Below, piece after piece: positions 6,294 through 16,094 of a stretch of 38,849 bases of DNA (positions are counted from its first letter, which is position 1; every line of letters starts with the position of its first letter). The stretch lies in the IMG/VR virus record IMGVR_UViG_3300022181_000004, positions 1 through 38,849 of that record. One strand, written 5' to 3'. This DNA comes from a virus. Taxonomy: Duplodnaviria > Caudoviricetes. Below the pieces are notes generated by a model. It had not been told where the DNA came from, ran no database searches, and saw only the letters and a program-made list of their open reading frames with translations. The position numbers and the translations under genes are program-made.

Positions 6294-8408
6294 TTATTCG
6301 CTAATCGTTTTAATTTCCGCCTCGATCTGCCCCGCCAGTTCTCCCCCGGTAAGGAACATAGTTGTATGATCATAGTAAGTCTGCAGCGGTACCGGATCGC
6401 CCAGGGTGATAACTGGCTCTGCGAGGATGTATGAAACTATTACAGGCGTACCTGCCATATACTCAGCATTAAGCCAAGAACGCCATGTAGATAAATCCGG
6501 GATTAATGTTGAATCAACGCCAAACCACATGCGAGGCGCTACGCTGCTGCCCCAAATATAATCAATACTATTCGAAATACCTCTACGAAAATGGGACGAC
6601 ACAAATACATTAATTCCTGATACACCGATAGAAGAATAATTACTATACGCAATGCGGCTTCCCCAGGAAAATATTTCGTACGTAAACCCTTCCTGCCCAC
6701 TTCCAGTAAAGGTGTACACTACCATCCTCTGCGTCTGTCGGCTCCTTGGCATCCCATCCACCCGCGCATTCGGCTCATAGATATCAGGATATCCTGGCAG
6801 TCCGCCGAGTTCGGGTAGGACTATGGTCTTGCCGGTATAAGGGGCGTAGGCGGTGGCAGTAGAGCCAAGCTCAAGCTGCACGTTACCCATGTAGGCAAAA
6901 CCGCCGCCAGCAGAGACTAATTTTATTTTACAAGCCTCAACTACAGCTGGTACATTGAGGGTCAGCGCTTGAGTGCCAATATAATCACCAGACATACTCC
7001 ATTTAAAAATACGGGCATTCATATTCGAGGGATTTGATTGTACTATATATCCAGCAGCAACGGGAATATAATAGGTGGTCCTCTGTTGTGCCATACCACT
7101 AGCAATCGGTAATCCCGTAGATGTATCAAACGTCCCGTTTTCTATGCGGGTTATATCAAATAGGTTCTTCCCACTTATCGCTAGGCTCCCCGTCATCTTA
7201 TTTTCCGTCAGATACGGGTAACTCGGCGCGGGCGCGGTGATCCCCAAATCCGCCAGCGTCAGCTCTGGGGCGTTGGATGTGGCGACATAGGTTAGGGTTA
7301 GGTCCGTGACGATCTCGGTTTCCGCAACATAGTAGATCGTATGCCCTTCGGTTAATTCACCCGTGTCACTCATATATTCCGTTTCGATCGTTTCTCCGGC
7401 GTAAGATGCAATTACGTTAACATTCGTCCTACGCCTACCCCACCTGGCTATCAGATCAAGCTCTATCTTGTCTTTGTATGTGCTAATCCCCCGTAAATCA
7501 TCATCCAGCGTCAATTCCCACCAGCCCCCTGCAGGGTCAGCGATTTTGTACGTGCCTGCCGGTATCTGTGTGGTAACGGCGGCGGGATACTCAGGGCTGG
7601 GGCTGGTGGCCGTATAGGTCGTGGTGTCAGTCGTGAGTAGGCCCTTGCCGTCAAACCAGCTATTGGGGTACTGGGCAAGCATGGCGTTGATCTGCGCGAC
7701 GGTTGGCTCATGTCCTGCGCCGAAGATGGCGGTGAGATTAAAACAAGATACATATTGCACTTCCATGATTTTCCCGTCTGCCGTAGCAGCATCGGCATAT
7801 TGATGGTAAAATTTTACCCTTATATTACCGCCTACATCTGCGGGCTGCGTTGCAACAAAACTTAATCTGTACCAGGTATTTATAGTTGGCAACGCTAATT
7901 CATGGTTTTGATCTGTTCCGGATACAGATCCATCAATACTTATTATGATTTTCTGGCACTCACTATTAGTAACGCGGCACAATATAGATAAATACACTTT
8001 TTGATTTGAGGCTGCAAAAATTGTTGTGTCTTGATATACGCCTAGCAAGAAAGATGATGCATTACCTGTCACTAAAAGCGTATTTTCTACAGCCGAGAGT
8101 ACACAGTTCGATGCTGCCCATCCCGTAGCACCATCCGAAAAATCCCCATTCTGGACCAGGTTCGTACCCCACACTGCGGGCGTCTGACTCAGCTCCCCCT
8201 CCTTGCCCCGCCAATCCGCCACAAACTGAGATTGCCCTTTGATCGCCGGGCGCAGGACGGCGTCATAGGTGTCGGCAAGGCTGATCAGGTTGCCCTGGTA
8301 GGTGGCCTTTTCGTACCCTGCGAACTTGGTATCGCCCTTGTAAAACTCAGCCGGTCCGTAATCGCCTTTTACAAGCAGAGCTTTTGACGCGCTCACATGA
8401 ATACTCAT
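6294..8408 (-). CDS. Tail fibre / receptor-binding protein with carbohydrate-binding-like domains
   Basis: NLVQNGDFSDGATGW (CBM-like start), PSPEYPA, GKNLFD...QLELGSTATAYAPY and WL......V.Y.LAEP motifs common in Firmicutes siphophage tail proteins. Confidence 0.75.
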   Translation of the reverse strand: MSIHVSASKALLVKGDYGPAEFYKGDTKFAGYEKATYQGNLISLADTYDAVLRPAIKGQSQFVADWRGKEGELSQTPAVWGTNLVQNGDFSDGATGWAASNCVLSAVENTLLVTGNASSFLLGVYQDTTIFAASNQKVYLSILCRVTNSECQKIIISIDGSVSGTDQNHELALPTINTWYRLSFVATQPADVGGNIRVKFYHQYADAATADGKIMEVQYVSCFNLTAIFGAGHEPTVAQINAMLAQYPNSWFDGKGLLTTDTTTYTATSPSPEYPAAVTTQIPAGTYKIADPAGGWWELTLDDDLRGISTYKDKIELDLIARWGRRRTNVNVIASYAGETIETEYMSDTGELTEGHTIYYVAETEIVTDLTLTYVATSNAPELTLADLGITAPAPSYPYLTENKMTGSLAISGKNLFDITRIENGTFDTSTGLPIASGMAQQRTTYYIPVAAGYIVQSNPSNMNARIFKWSMSGDYIGTQALTLNVPAVVEACKIKLVSAGGGFAYMGNVQLELGSTATAYAPYTGKTIVLPELGGLPGYPDIYEPNARVDGMPRSRQTQRMVVYTFTGSGQEGFTYEIFSWGSRIAYSNYSSIGVSGINVFVSSHFRRGISNSIDYIWGSSVAPRMWFGVDSTLIPDLSTWRSWLNAEYMAGTPVIVSYILAEPVITLGDPVPLQTYYDHTTMFLTGGELAGQIEAEIKTISE

Positions 8409-8410
8409 GG

Positions 8411-9292
8411 CTATTCCTCCTGGTCAGGGTACACCAAGTAGTAAGTATCCGGGTCCTTGACTGCCACCGCAAACTGGCTTTCCGTCATCTCAACGAGCCG
8501 GTGATTGTTGATCATCGCGGCATTAGCGGCATTGTTGGCGGTGGTCGCGTTCCCGGCCTGTACCGCGTAAGACGCGCCCCATACAACCCAGTTTGCAGCA
8601 ACGGTAGGGTCGTTACCCAAGAGCTGCCAGGTCTTGGTGATGGTAGGTATACCGTCGATATCCTCAACCAGTTCGGCCAAATCGCCGCGCTGGGCGTTCA
8701 GGCTCGTCAATTCGTCCGCACTGGTCACAACGTAGATTTCCTGCGTGGCCGTAGCCGGGATATTGTCGATCAAGATTTTTCCGTCAACCATTACAGGTAT
8801 ATCAGTGCCCAGCATTGCCAGTGTGTCAGCCATAGCCTGAGTAGTCACCTGCTCTGATTCAGCAGCATTCTCCTCCGATTGGGCGGCGGCAGCGGCGGAA
8901 GCCTTTGCGGAAGTGCCGGCGGAAAGCACCCCGTCTAACCACTCAGGTTCAATTTCAGGGGGCAGCCCTTCGTCTTGCAGCGACTCTTCCGTATATGTAT
9001 TGACAATTGCTGTTTTCCCGATAATATCGCCTGAATATAACCGTAGCTCTAGCCGTCCGTCACCCGAAACGGCTAAATCTGTTGCAGTAGGCCACCACGC
9101 TATAAGCTCTGTGGTGGCATTTACTATCACAGGATATAGCTCCCCATCCGGGCGGTAAAAAACAACGCTGATTGTAGCGCCGGGATAGTCTGCCAACCAG
9201 GACGATACATCAAACTCTATTGCGGTATACTCGTTTTCACCGGCACGCCCAAGTACAATAGTATTTGGCATATTATTGATATCGATTAACAT
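8411..9292 (-). CDS. BppU-like upper baseplate/fibre adaptor
   Basis: LGRAGENEYTAIEFD...RPDG..YP...W.....DL...G.G.LEL N-terminus, Ala-rich coil, C-terminal MTESQF...KDPDTYYLV. Confidence 0.65.
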   Translation of the reverse strand: MLIDINNMPNTIVLGRAGENEYTAIEFDVSSWLADYPGATISVVFYRPDGELYPVIVNATTELIAWWPTATDLAVSGDGRLELRLYSGDIIGKTAIVNTYTEESLQDEGLPPEIEPEWLDGVLSAGTSAKASAAAAAQSEENAAESEQVTTQAMADTLAMLGTDIPVMVDGKILIDNIPATATQEIYVVTSADELTSLNAQRGDLAELVEDIDGIPTITKTWQLLGNDPTVAANWVVWGASYAVQAGNATTANNAANAAMINNHRLVEMTESQFAVAVKDPDTYYLVYPDQEE

Positions 9293-9324
9293 TTAGTCAC
9301 CACCTAACCAACCTTCGCATTTCC

Positions 9325-9459
9325 TTACGCCTGATACGGCTCCCCGGTGATCTGCTCGTACTCAGCGGCGCTGATCACGCCCTTCTTGACGTAGATTTTC
9401 AGCATAGCCAAGGTGATGCGCCCGGTGGCGTACCGTTCGACTAATGTTTCATAGCTCAT
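9325..9459 (-). CDS. XkdX-family small protein (44 aa, not in ORF track)
   Basis: MSYETLVERYATGRITLAMLKIYVKKGVISAAEYEQITGEPYQA; the V.KG.I...EY..ITG..Y signature. Confidence 0.8.
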   Translation of the reverse strand: MSYETLVERYATGRITLAMLKIYVKKGVISAAEYEQITGEPYQA

Positions 9460-9461
9460 GA

Positions 9462-9818
9462 TTACACCCCCTCTACGTCAGGCATCTGCAGCACCACCAA
9501 ATCCTCCAGGGCGTCCGCGATCCTGGTTTCGTCGGTATAGTCCGGGTCATGGGGCGCGTCCTCAAAAGCCTCGATGGCGTCCAGATGCTCCCGCTCCGTC
9601 ACGCAACTGCTGAAATCACAGCCCTGCGCCGCGTAATGCGCCAGCGTGGCCGTGTATTCCATCATCACGCAGCCGTTGACTACACCGCCGCCCACGACGA
9701 ACTGTACCCCCTCCAATCCCGCCGCGGGGTAGCGCGCGATCCACTCAGCCGGGGCCAGCGCCTCGCCGATGGGCGTGATGATTGGCGTCTGCTTGTCCCA
9801 GATCACATATCTTGCCAT
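9462..9818 (-). CDS. Hypothetical tail-associated protein, possible fibre chaperone (start MARYVIW)
   Basis: RBS AAGGAGG before ATG 9818; lies between the Kelch protein and XkdX. Confidence 0.6.
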   Translation of the reverse strand: MARYVIWDKQTPIITPIGEALAPAEWIARYPAAGLEGVQFVVGGGVVNGCVMMEYTATLAHYAAQGCDFSSCVTEREHLDAIEAFEDAPHDPDYTDETRIADALEDLVVLQMPDVEGV

Positions 9819-9831
9819 TTGTTTTCCTCCT

Positions 9832-10941
9832 TTAATCTGCTTGATAGACATCGACAACTGCGGAAACGGAGCCTGTATTCCCTCCGCCGAATAAAGCGTA
9901 ATTCCCCACGCCGGCCGCTGCCAAAGTCTGTCTTGCATCGCTCAGCGGCGTCGGTGTACTACGGGTAAGGCTGGTATCATAAGCGTCCACGGCAGAAAGA
10001 TCGGGACCCCCTCCACCAAACAAAGCAAAATTTCCAACCAATGCGGCAGCTAGTTTGAACCTTGCACTACTCAGCGGCGTCGGCGTACTGCGAGTCAGAC
10101 TGGTATTATAAGCGTCTACCACTGCGCTGGAATAAGGGTCTTCGCCGGGATTCCCTCCGCCGAATAAAGCGTAATTCCCCACGCCGGCCGCTGCGAAACT
10201 ATGCCTTGCCTGACTCAGCGCCGCGGGAGTGCTGCGGGTCAGACTAGTATCATAAGCGTCCACCACTGCGCTAGGAGAACCGGTGCTTCCCCCTCCACCA
10301 AACAAAGCATAATTACCAACCGATGCCGCCGCCAAACTATCCCTTGCTACGCTCAGCGGCGTGGGCGCGCTCCTGGTCAGGCTGGTATCATAAGCGTCCA
10401 CAACATTGCTCCTTGAGCCGATGCCTCCTCCGCCGAATAAAGCGTAATTCCCCACGCCGGCCGCTGCCAAAGTCTGTCTTGCATCGCTCAGCGGCGTCGG
10501 TGTACTACGGGTAAGGCTGGTATCATAGGCGTCTACCACATTGCTATATTCGTACCCGCCGCCGAATAGGGCGTAATTCCCCACCGATGTTGCTGCTAGA
10601 TGGCTTCGCGTAACGCTCAGCGCCGTGGGCGTACTGCGGGTCAGACTGGCGTCGTAGGCGTCTACGGCAGCGCTAAAATACGGACTGCTGCTGCCTTGCC
10701 CTCCACCAAACAAAGCATAATTACCAACCGATGCCGCCGCCAAACTATCCCTTGCTACGCTCAGCGGCGTTGCCGTACCATAGTAGCTTAATTCCGGATC
10801 GGAACTAAAACAGAGCCGGGCGATATTTTCCACGCCCATATACCCTTTTTTGACCTTGCGGGCCAGGTTATCGACGCCTATGTAAACCTTTTTAACCTTA
10901 TGGGCTACCCCGGAAACGCCAACGTATGCTACTTTGGTCAT
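9832..10941 (-). CDS. Kelch-like 7-bladed beta-propeller tail protein, candidate receptor-binding protein
   Basis: Seven repeats of LS.AR..(L/F)AA..VGN(Y/F)ALFGGG...VD(A/V)Y, after an N-terminal YVGV...KVKK.Y.GV attachment-like segment. Confidence 0.85.
   Translation of the reverse strand: MTKVAYVGVSGVAHKVKKVYIGVDNLARKVKKGYMGVENIARLCFSSDPELSYYGTATPLSVARDSLAAASVGNYALFGGGQGSSSPYFSAAVDAYDASLTRSTPTALSVTRSHLAATSVGNYALFGGGYEYSNVVDAYDTSLTRSTPTPLSDARQTLAAAGVGNYALFGGGGIGSRSNVVDAYDTSLTRSAPTPLSVARDSLAAASVGNYALFGGGGSTGSPSAVVDAYDTSLTRSTPAALSQARHSFAAAGVGNYALFGGGNPGEDPYSSAVVDAYNTSLTRSTPTPLSSARFKLAAALVGNFALFGGGGPDLSAVDAYDTSLTRSTPTPLSDARQTLAAAGVGNYALFGGGNTGSVSAVVDVYQAD
9881..10770. repeat. Exact intragenic DNA repeats
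   Basis: 9881-9981 equals 10427-10527 (101 bp); 10291-10362 equals 10699-10770 (72 bp). Confidence 0.9.
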
Positions 10942-10952
10942 GCCACCGCCCC

Positions 10953-11474
10953 CTATTCAAAGACAAAATACACCTCTCCAGTGGCAAGTTCAGAGCTTCC
11001 GGCAGTCAGATCAGCGGTGCCATAGCGGACTTTTCCTGATATTGCCGGATATTGCAATATTTCATGAATACCGCCGGCGTCCAAAGAAACCACGCATAGT
11101 TCAAATTCATAGACAGAGCCTGCGGAGTTAATATCATCCTGTGTAAGCGCCGGGAACGAATTAGTGACGCTATATTCGACCTGAACCCCGATCTGCTCAA
11201 ACACTTCGGAAGTGGCCGGTTTAGTGGTATCGATAACGATTTTGACCCTGGCATACCCGCTGGTCGCGTCATCAATAACCACCGTTTCGATGGAAGCCGC
11301 CTCGAAATAGCGGCCACAGACCATTATTCCTCCTGCGGCGATATACAGATTTGCTCCGGAGTGCGTCAGGCCACAGCCGGTTACGATGCCGTCAGATAAT
11401 ATCTTGCGGTGTATTCTTCCGTCGTTTTTTGCTGTGACGGACTGATTGTCAAAGGTTACTCCTACAAAGCTCAT
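10953..11474 (-). CDS. Baseplate/fibre adaptor protein
   Basis: Follows the Tal-like gene; GIVTGC...GGIMVCGR, LTQDDIN..G..YEFEL, C-terminal YGTADLTAGSSELATGEVYFVFE. Confidence 0.6.
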   Translation of the reverse strand: MSFVGVTFDNQSVTAKNDGRIHRKILSDGIVTGCGLTHSGANLYIAAGGIMVCGRYFEAASIETVVIDDATSGYARVKIVIDTTKPATSEVFEQIGVQVEYSVTNSFPALTQDDINSAGSVYEFELCVVSLDAGGIHEILQYPAISGKVRYGTADLTAGSSELATGEVYFVFE

Positions 11475-12448
11475 TACATCATCTCCTTTAGCCTATCGGT
11501 CAATGTTACCGCTAATTCCCCCGTCTTATATAAAAATCGGCTGTCGTTAGAATCCAGCCGAATTACTGAAATATAAGATTGCAATACGGAACTGCCTAAT
11601 TTCAACCGAACCGTGGAATAAAAATCGTAGCTTTCCGCCGACCGAAATTCTATCTTATGAGAATGACTATTCTTGGCAAATTCATTAGCCACCTCATCAG
11701 CAGCGGTAGCATCCACACTCAAATGCAAAGAACTCCAAGCCCCCGCAACTCTTGCCGCCGGTGCAATCGTCGTTATGCTACCGTCAGCATTTAAATACCA
11801 CGTTTCCTGTATATAGCCACCAGTTCCATCATCCTGTAATGTTGTAATCTTGGCGATAGAAGAATCGCTGATTGATTCCGAAATCTTTTCGTGTCTACCG
11901 TCGTTAAAAACGATTTGAGAAATTTTCGGTGCCTTTAGCGCGATATTCACCTGTAGAATATCACCTAATACCGTAAATGTAACATATACGTTTTTCACTC
12001 GGCGGACCTTGGCAATATATGATTTTAAGGAATAGAAACCGTCATCAATATCAGGCTTGATAAAGCCCGTCGCATCAGTATGCGTAATCATCAGATATGG
12101 CATATCATACTGAAGGTCGGAAACCAATTTGTAATTATCAGTAAACGCGGACGCAATAAACGACTCAACATAGACCTCATCACCCGGATATACCAAACCG
12201 CGTTGAAAAAATGTCAAAATACTTTCGCAAATAATTTCTGCCGTGTTTTGTTCCCCAGGTGACGCCGAAAGTATGCGGCCAATGAAATCCCCGAAAACAA
12301 GAAAGTCGCCGGGGTTTATGTTTACCGCTCCAATCGCAGTTAAGGTTGACTGTTCGTCATAAATTGAATTCAAGGCAATGTCATAGTCCGATATTGTCAA
12401 CGTGTCATACGTCTTAAAGTCAGCAAAACGCTTCACAAATGCTTCCAT
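11474..12448 (-). CDS. Tail tip/baseplate hub (Tal-like) protein
   Basis: Size and position directly after Dit; inferred from synteny. Confidence 0.55.
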   Translation of the reverse strand: MEAFVKRFADFKTYDTLTISDYDIALNSIYDEQSTLTAIGAVNINPGDFLVFGDFIGRILSASPGEQNTAEIICESILTFFQRGLVYPGDEVYVESFIASAFTDNYKLVSDLQYDMPYLMITHTDATGFIKPDIDDGFYSLKSYIAKVRRVKNVYVTFTVLGDILQVNIALKAPKISQIVFNDGRHEKISESISDSSIAKITTLQDDGTGGYIQETWYLNADGSITTIAPAARVAGAWSSLHLSVDATAADEVANEFAKNSHSHKIEFRSAESYDFYSTVRLKLGSSVLQSYISVIRLDSNDSRFLYKTGELAVTLTDRLKEMM

Positions 12449-12450
12449 TT

Positions 12451-13326
12451 TTAGACCACCTGATAGTAATTGTAGATTTTAATTATAGCGGCATTCGTAA
12501 TTGCTGTTGACGATGCTAAGCGTATTTCACACGTTTCCCCCAGGGGAATCCGTCCAAAGACCTCTTTAGAAATATCCACAACATCGATTAAATCAGTAAT
12601 CGTACCGTCAACTGCCATTTTATATACCCGCGAATTTAAATACTCGCAGGTATAAAACAGCGTATCTAACGAACTAAAGCTGCCGGTTATTGCGCAATCC
12701 CCATATATAATCCCGGAACTTATGCCCGTCAATGTGATAGCAGGGTTTGTCAGAATACCGGTATATTCCAGAGAATAAGCCGCTTCTTCATGGCCGATCG
12801 TTGAAGCCTGAACTGCAGAATTCTGGCGAGCTGCAGGGTATACATATGAATAGCTATATGGATATCTTTTATAGCCAGATGTAGCAGGTGAAATGGCGGT
12901 TGCAACTGGTGTAGCCGTGTACCACGGAGTAAGGGGAAGGAAGGAGCATGGGGTTTCAAGAATATCAAAGGCAGTCTTTTGTGTTTTGGTGATATAGTCA
13001 AGTTCGACCTTTCGGTGATATTCAATATCTGCAGGTTTATAGATAAAATAAAGGTCATGCCCTTTGTGTAACCAATCCCCTAGGCTTCTAAAGTCGTTGT
13101 ATGGGTCTGCACCGTGGTTGTAAAAAAACAAATCCCCGGTTATTGGGATTTGCGGCCTGATGGCACCAGAAATCTTTTTGAAAAATCCTCTCCTGATATC
13201 CACGCAACCAGGGGAAGCAATCTCCCCTAGCCCAGACGGATTGCGGAACTCAATGTAGCTTCCACTCGGCGCCTTATTTAAATCCTTTCTTTCGCCAATG
13301 CTGTTTTCAAGGTAAAAATAGCTCAT
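12451..13326 (-). CDS. Distal tail protein (Dit)
   Basis: Immediately after the tape measure; TPWY and YPYSYSYVYP motif typical of Dit. Confidence 0.7.
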   Translation of the reverse strand: MSYFYLENSIGERKDLNKAPSGSYIEFRNPSGLGEIASPGCVDIRRGFFKKISGAIRPQIPITGDLFFYNHGADPYNDFRSLGDWLHKGHDLYFIYKPADIEYHRKVELDYITKTQKTAFDILETPCSFLPLTPWYTATPVATAISPATSGYKRYPYSYSYVYPAARQNSAVQASTIGHEEAAYSLEYTGILTNPAITLTGISSGIIYGDCAITGSFSSLDTLFYTCEYLNSRVYKMAVDGTITDLIDVVDISKEVFGRIPLGETCEIRLASSTAITNAAIIKIYNYYQVV

Positions 13327-15350
13327 TTAATCACCCCTAATGCGGCGTTGAACTTTTGGCATAGGTAGTCTACCTCGGACTGGCTCAATGATTTAGGATA
13401 AATGTTTATCGTCGTTGTTGCCAAAGCACCATGGGTATAAGGGTTCTGATCGGCGGGTATAACAGCCTCGCCTTTATGAATTAGCGCAAGTCCTGTTGCA
13501 GGAACATAAGGAGTGCCAACATCATAACTTGGGAACCTGTATGATGGACTCAAATTTGCCTGGTTGGCTTCGGATTCAGCATTGAAAAGATTGTCAAGAA
13601 AATCACCAATTTTATCGATAACCCCATCAATCGTATCTTTAAATCCATTAAAAATACCAGTAACCGCCCCTATTTTATCGGAAATCCAATCCTTAATGTT
13701 TCCAAAAACCTCCTCCACTTTATCCCACAGGCCGGAAAAGGCGGTTTTAGCCTTATCAACAAGGTCATTGACCCAACCCAATACATCTTCTTTAAACCAT
13801 TTCCAAACCCCGGAAATAGCATTCGTGACGCTATCAACCTTCGTTTTGATAGCGTCCCACGCATCGGAAAAGGTCTTTTTTACCTTGTCCCAAAGCTCAG
13901 TAAAAAATGCCTTGATAGTATCCCAGTGTGAAATCACCAGACCCATCGGCGTGTAATTAAGAAACATACTCTTGATCCATTCCCATGCGTCAGAGAATGC
14001 CTGCTTAACGCTTCCCCATAAATCGATAAAGAATTGTTTGATTTCTTCCCAACGGGAAATAACCAGCCCAGCCGGAGTATAGCTCAAGAACATATCTTTT
14101 ACCCACTCCCAAGCATCTGAGAAGGCAATCTTGACATTATCCCATAGGTCAATGAAGAATTGCTTTATTTCCTCCCAATGCGAGATAACTAAACCGGCAG
14201 GGGTATACTTTAAAAACATTTCCTCAATCCATTCCCAGGTATCGGTAAAGATTTCCTTGACGCTCTCCCATAGGTTGACGAAAAACTCTTTAATCGCGTC
14301 CCAATTGGTATAGATGAGATACGCAGCTGCAGCAATGGCCGCAATAGCAGCAAGGGCAAGCCCGGCAGGGGATATCATAGCCGACAATGCACCCATTAAG
14401 CCCTTGCCAGCCGACAAGGCTTTACCGGCGGCCCCTACGCCTTTAATCAAACCGCCTATGCCGGATGTTAGTTTTCCAACAACGGAAAACACCGGCCCAA
14501 TAGCAGCGGCGGCAAGAGCCATCTTGACAATCATTTCCTTTGTGCCGCTGTCTAGTTCGCTGAACTTCTGCACCCACTCATTAATCTTTTGGATAACGGG
14601 GGTAATCATCGGCAACAGGGTTTCGCCTAGCGATGCGGCTAAATTCTTGGCTTCTGTCACCATCGTCCTAAGGGAACCAGAAGCACCGTCTGATTCTCTC
14701 GCGGCTTGCCCCTGCGCGGCTCCTGTCTGTTCCATAATCAATGCAAGAGTAGCCGCCTGCTTTGATGCAAGGTCGAGTGTTTCCCCTTCCTCAATCAGCC
14801 CCATCTCCATGGCTTTCTGCTTAATTGTCGCGTCGTTGACCGCCATGCCGTAGTTATCCAGCATAGCATTATTGCCTTTTAACGCCCCCGTCAAGGCTTG
14901 TACGGCACTTTCGGTCGTGCCGCCGAACATAGCTGTTAAATCGCCAGCCAATGCAACCAGAGTTTGGGATTGCTTCGCCGCTTCGTCTTCCGACAGACCC
15001 CCAATGTTTTGCAGCATAGCGCCCATCGTGTTGGCATAGGTTAAGGCTTCGCCCTCCGCTATGCCGTAGTAGGTTTCCAGCCCATCAGCCCAAGACTTCA
15101 TGGCGTCGGATGCTTTCCCGAATATTTGTTCAGTTGCCCCCATAGCATCCTGCATGTCAGCGGCAAACTTAAACGATGCAGCCGCCGCGCCAGCAATGGG
15201 AACGGTTAGACCTTTGGTCAATGTCGCCCCCACGCTGGAAAAGGACTTGCCTACATTATTCAAGTCCTTGGATATCTGATTTAACCCCTTTTGGGCCTCG
15301 GTCAGATCAGCACCAATTTTAATCATAAGGGAGCGAATTACACTACTCAT
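13323..15350 (-). CDS. Tape measure protein
   Basis: GATLTKGLTVPIAG N-terminal motif, Ala/Gly-rich hydrophobic centre, Trp/Phe-periodic 42-aa repeats. Confidence 0.93.
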   Translation of the reverse strand: MSSVIRSLMIKIGADLTEAQKGLNQISKDLNNVGKSFSSVGATLTKGLTVPIAGAAAASFKFAADMQDAMGATEQIFGKASDAMKSWADGLETYYGIAEGEALTYANTMGAMLQNIGGLSEDEAAKQSQTLVALAGDLTAMFGGTTESAVQALTGALKGNNAMLDNYGMAVNDATIKQKAMEMGLIEEGETLDLASKQAATLALIMEQTGAAQGQAARESDGASGSLRTMVTEAKNLAASLGETLLPMITPVIQKINEWVQKFSELDSGTKEMIVKMALAAAAIGPVFSVVGKLTSGIGGLIKGVGAAGKALSAGKGLMGALSAMISPAGLALAAIAAIAAAAYLIYTNWDAIKEFFVNLWESVKEIFTDTWEWIEEMFLKYTPAGLVISHWEEIKQFFIDLWDNVKIAFSDAWEWVKDMFLSYTPAGLVISRWEEIKQFFIDLWGSVKQAFSDAWEWIKSMFLNYTPMGLVISHWDTIKAFFTELWDKVKKTFSDAWDAIKTKVDSVTNAISGVWKWFKEDVLGWVNDLVDKAKTAFSGLWDKVEEVFGNIKDWISDKIGAVTGIFNGFKDTIDGVIDKIGDFLDNLFNAESEANQANLSPSYRFPSYDVGTPYVPATGLALIHKGEAVIPADQNPYTHGALATTTINIYPKSLSQSEVDYLCQKFNAALGVIK

Positions 15351-15775
15351 CGTTTACCCCCCATGTTTTCCAGGGCCTTGTTCATCGCATCGGCTATTCT
15401 TTGAGTGACATCATCCCCGCTTTCATCGGCAGCAGGGCGTAAAAAAGGACGCTCACTGACAGCGCCATAGGTATTACCATTTTTAACTAATTTATGTCCC
15501 AATTCCAGAGGCACCCCATGTGCCACTGAATTAGGGAAGGTTACTTTACTGAATACACGATAAGGATATTTCGAACTCTTCTTTGCCTTCCCGAGTTTCA
15601 GTTTGCTTTTTAACTGACCCGTTCCCTCCGGAACGTTTTGTTTAGTCTTATTAAGCACAACGTTCCCGGCATCATTGGCGGCATCTTGAAGATATTTTAG
15701 CGCGTCATCAGGTAGTTTCATGAACGCACTTATGAGTTCATCCAAACCATCAACGCTTTTGCTATATGTTGTCAT
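15347..15775 (-). CDS. HK97 gp10-like tail completion protein
   Basis: GLDEL, P..TGQLK, LELGH, RPFLRPA.DE signature. Confidence 0.85.
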   Translation of the reverse strand: MTTYSKSVDGLDELISAFMKLPDDALKYLQDAANDAGNVVLNKTKQNVPEGTGQLKSKLKLGKAKKSSKYPYRVFSKVTFPNSVAHGVPLELGHKLVKNGNTYGAVSERPFLRPAADESGDDVTQRIADAMNKALENMGGKR

Positions 15776-16094
15776 ATGTATATTTCCTCACCGCCAAAAG
15801 CCGCATTCAACATCCGCACCATCACAATCATTTCTTCTGTGGTTTGCTTTCTATTAGCGGTCCTTCGCGTAAGTTTATCCTGGTAGTCTTTAAACGCAAT
15901 AAAGGTTTTGTCTGTCATAAATGGGAATTGGGAAAGCCACATTTGCCATATTGCGTTTTCCTGTTCTTTCTCAGCCGCCTTGCAAAGCAATGATAGTCCG
16001 TCTATATATGGCATATTCAAAAAATAATCGATATTGCTGTATCTCTTAAGAATCAGATCGATTGTTATTAATTCATCAATCGACCTGCTTGCTT
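15772..16094 (-). CDS. Tail assembly chaperone extension (T part of G-T), reached by -1 frameshift
   Basis: The -1 frame after TTTTTTC is open and continuous with the 15772..16020 ORF. Confidence 0.75.

Noticed and set aside
9832-10941. CRISPR array or DGR template/variable repeat pair
   Set aside because: The repeats are in-frame coding units of one ORF. The long copies are exact rather than differing at adenines, and no reverse transcriptase or cas gene is in the window.
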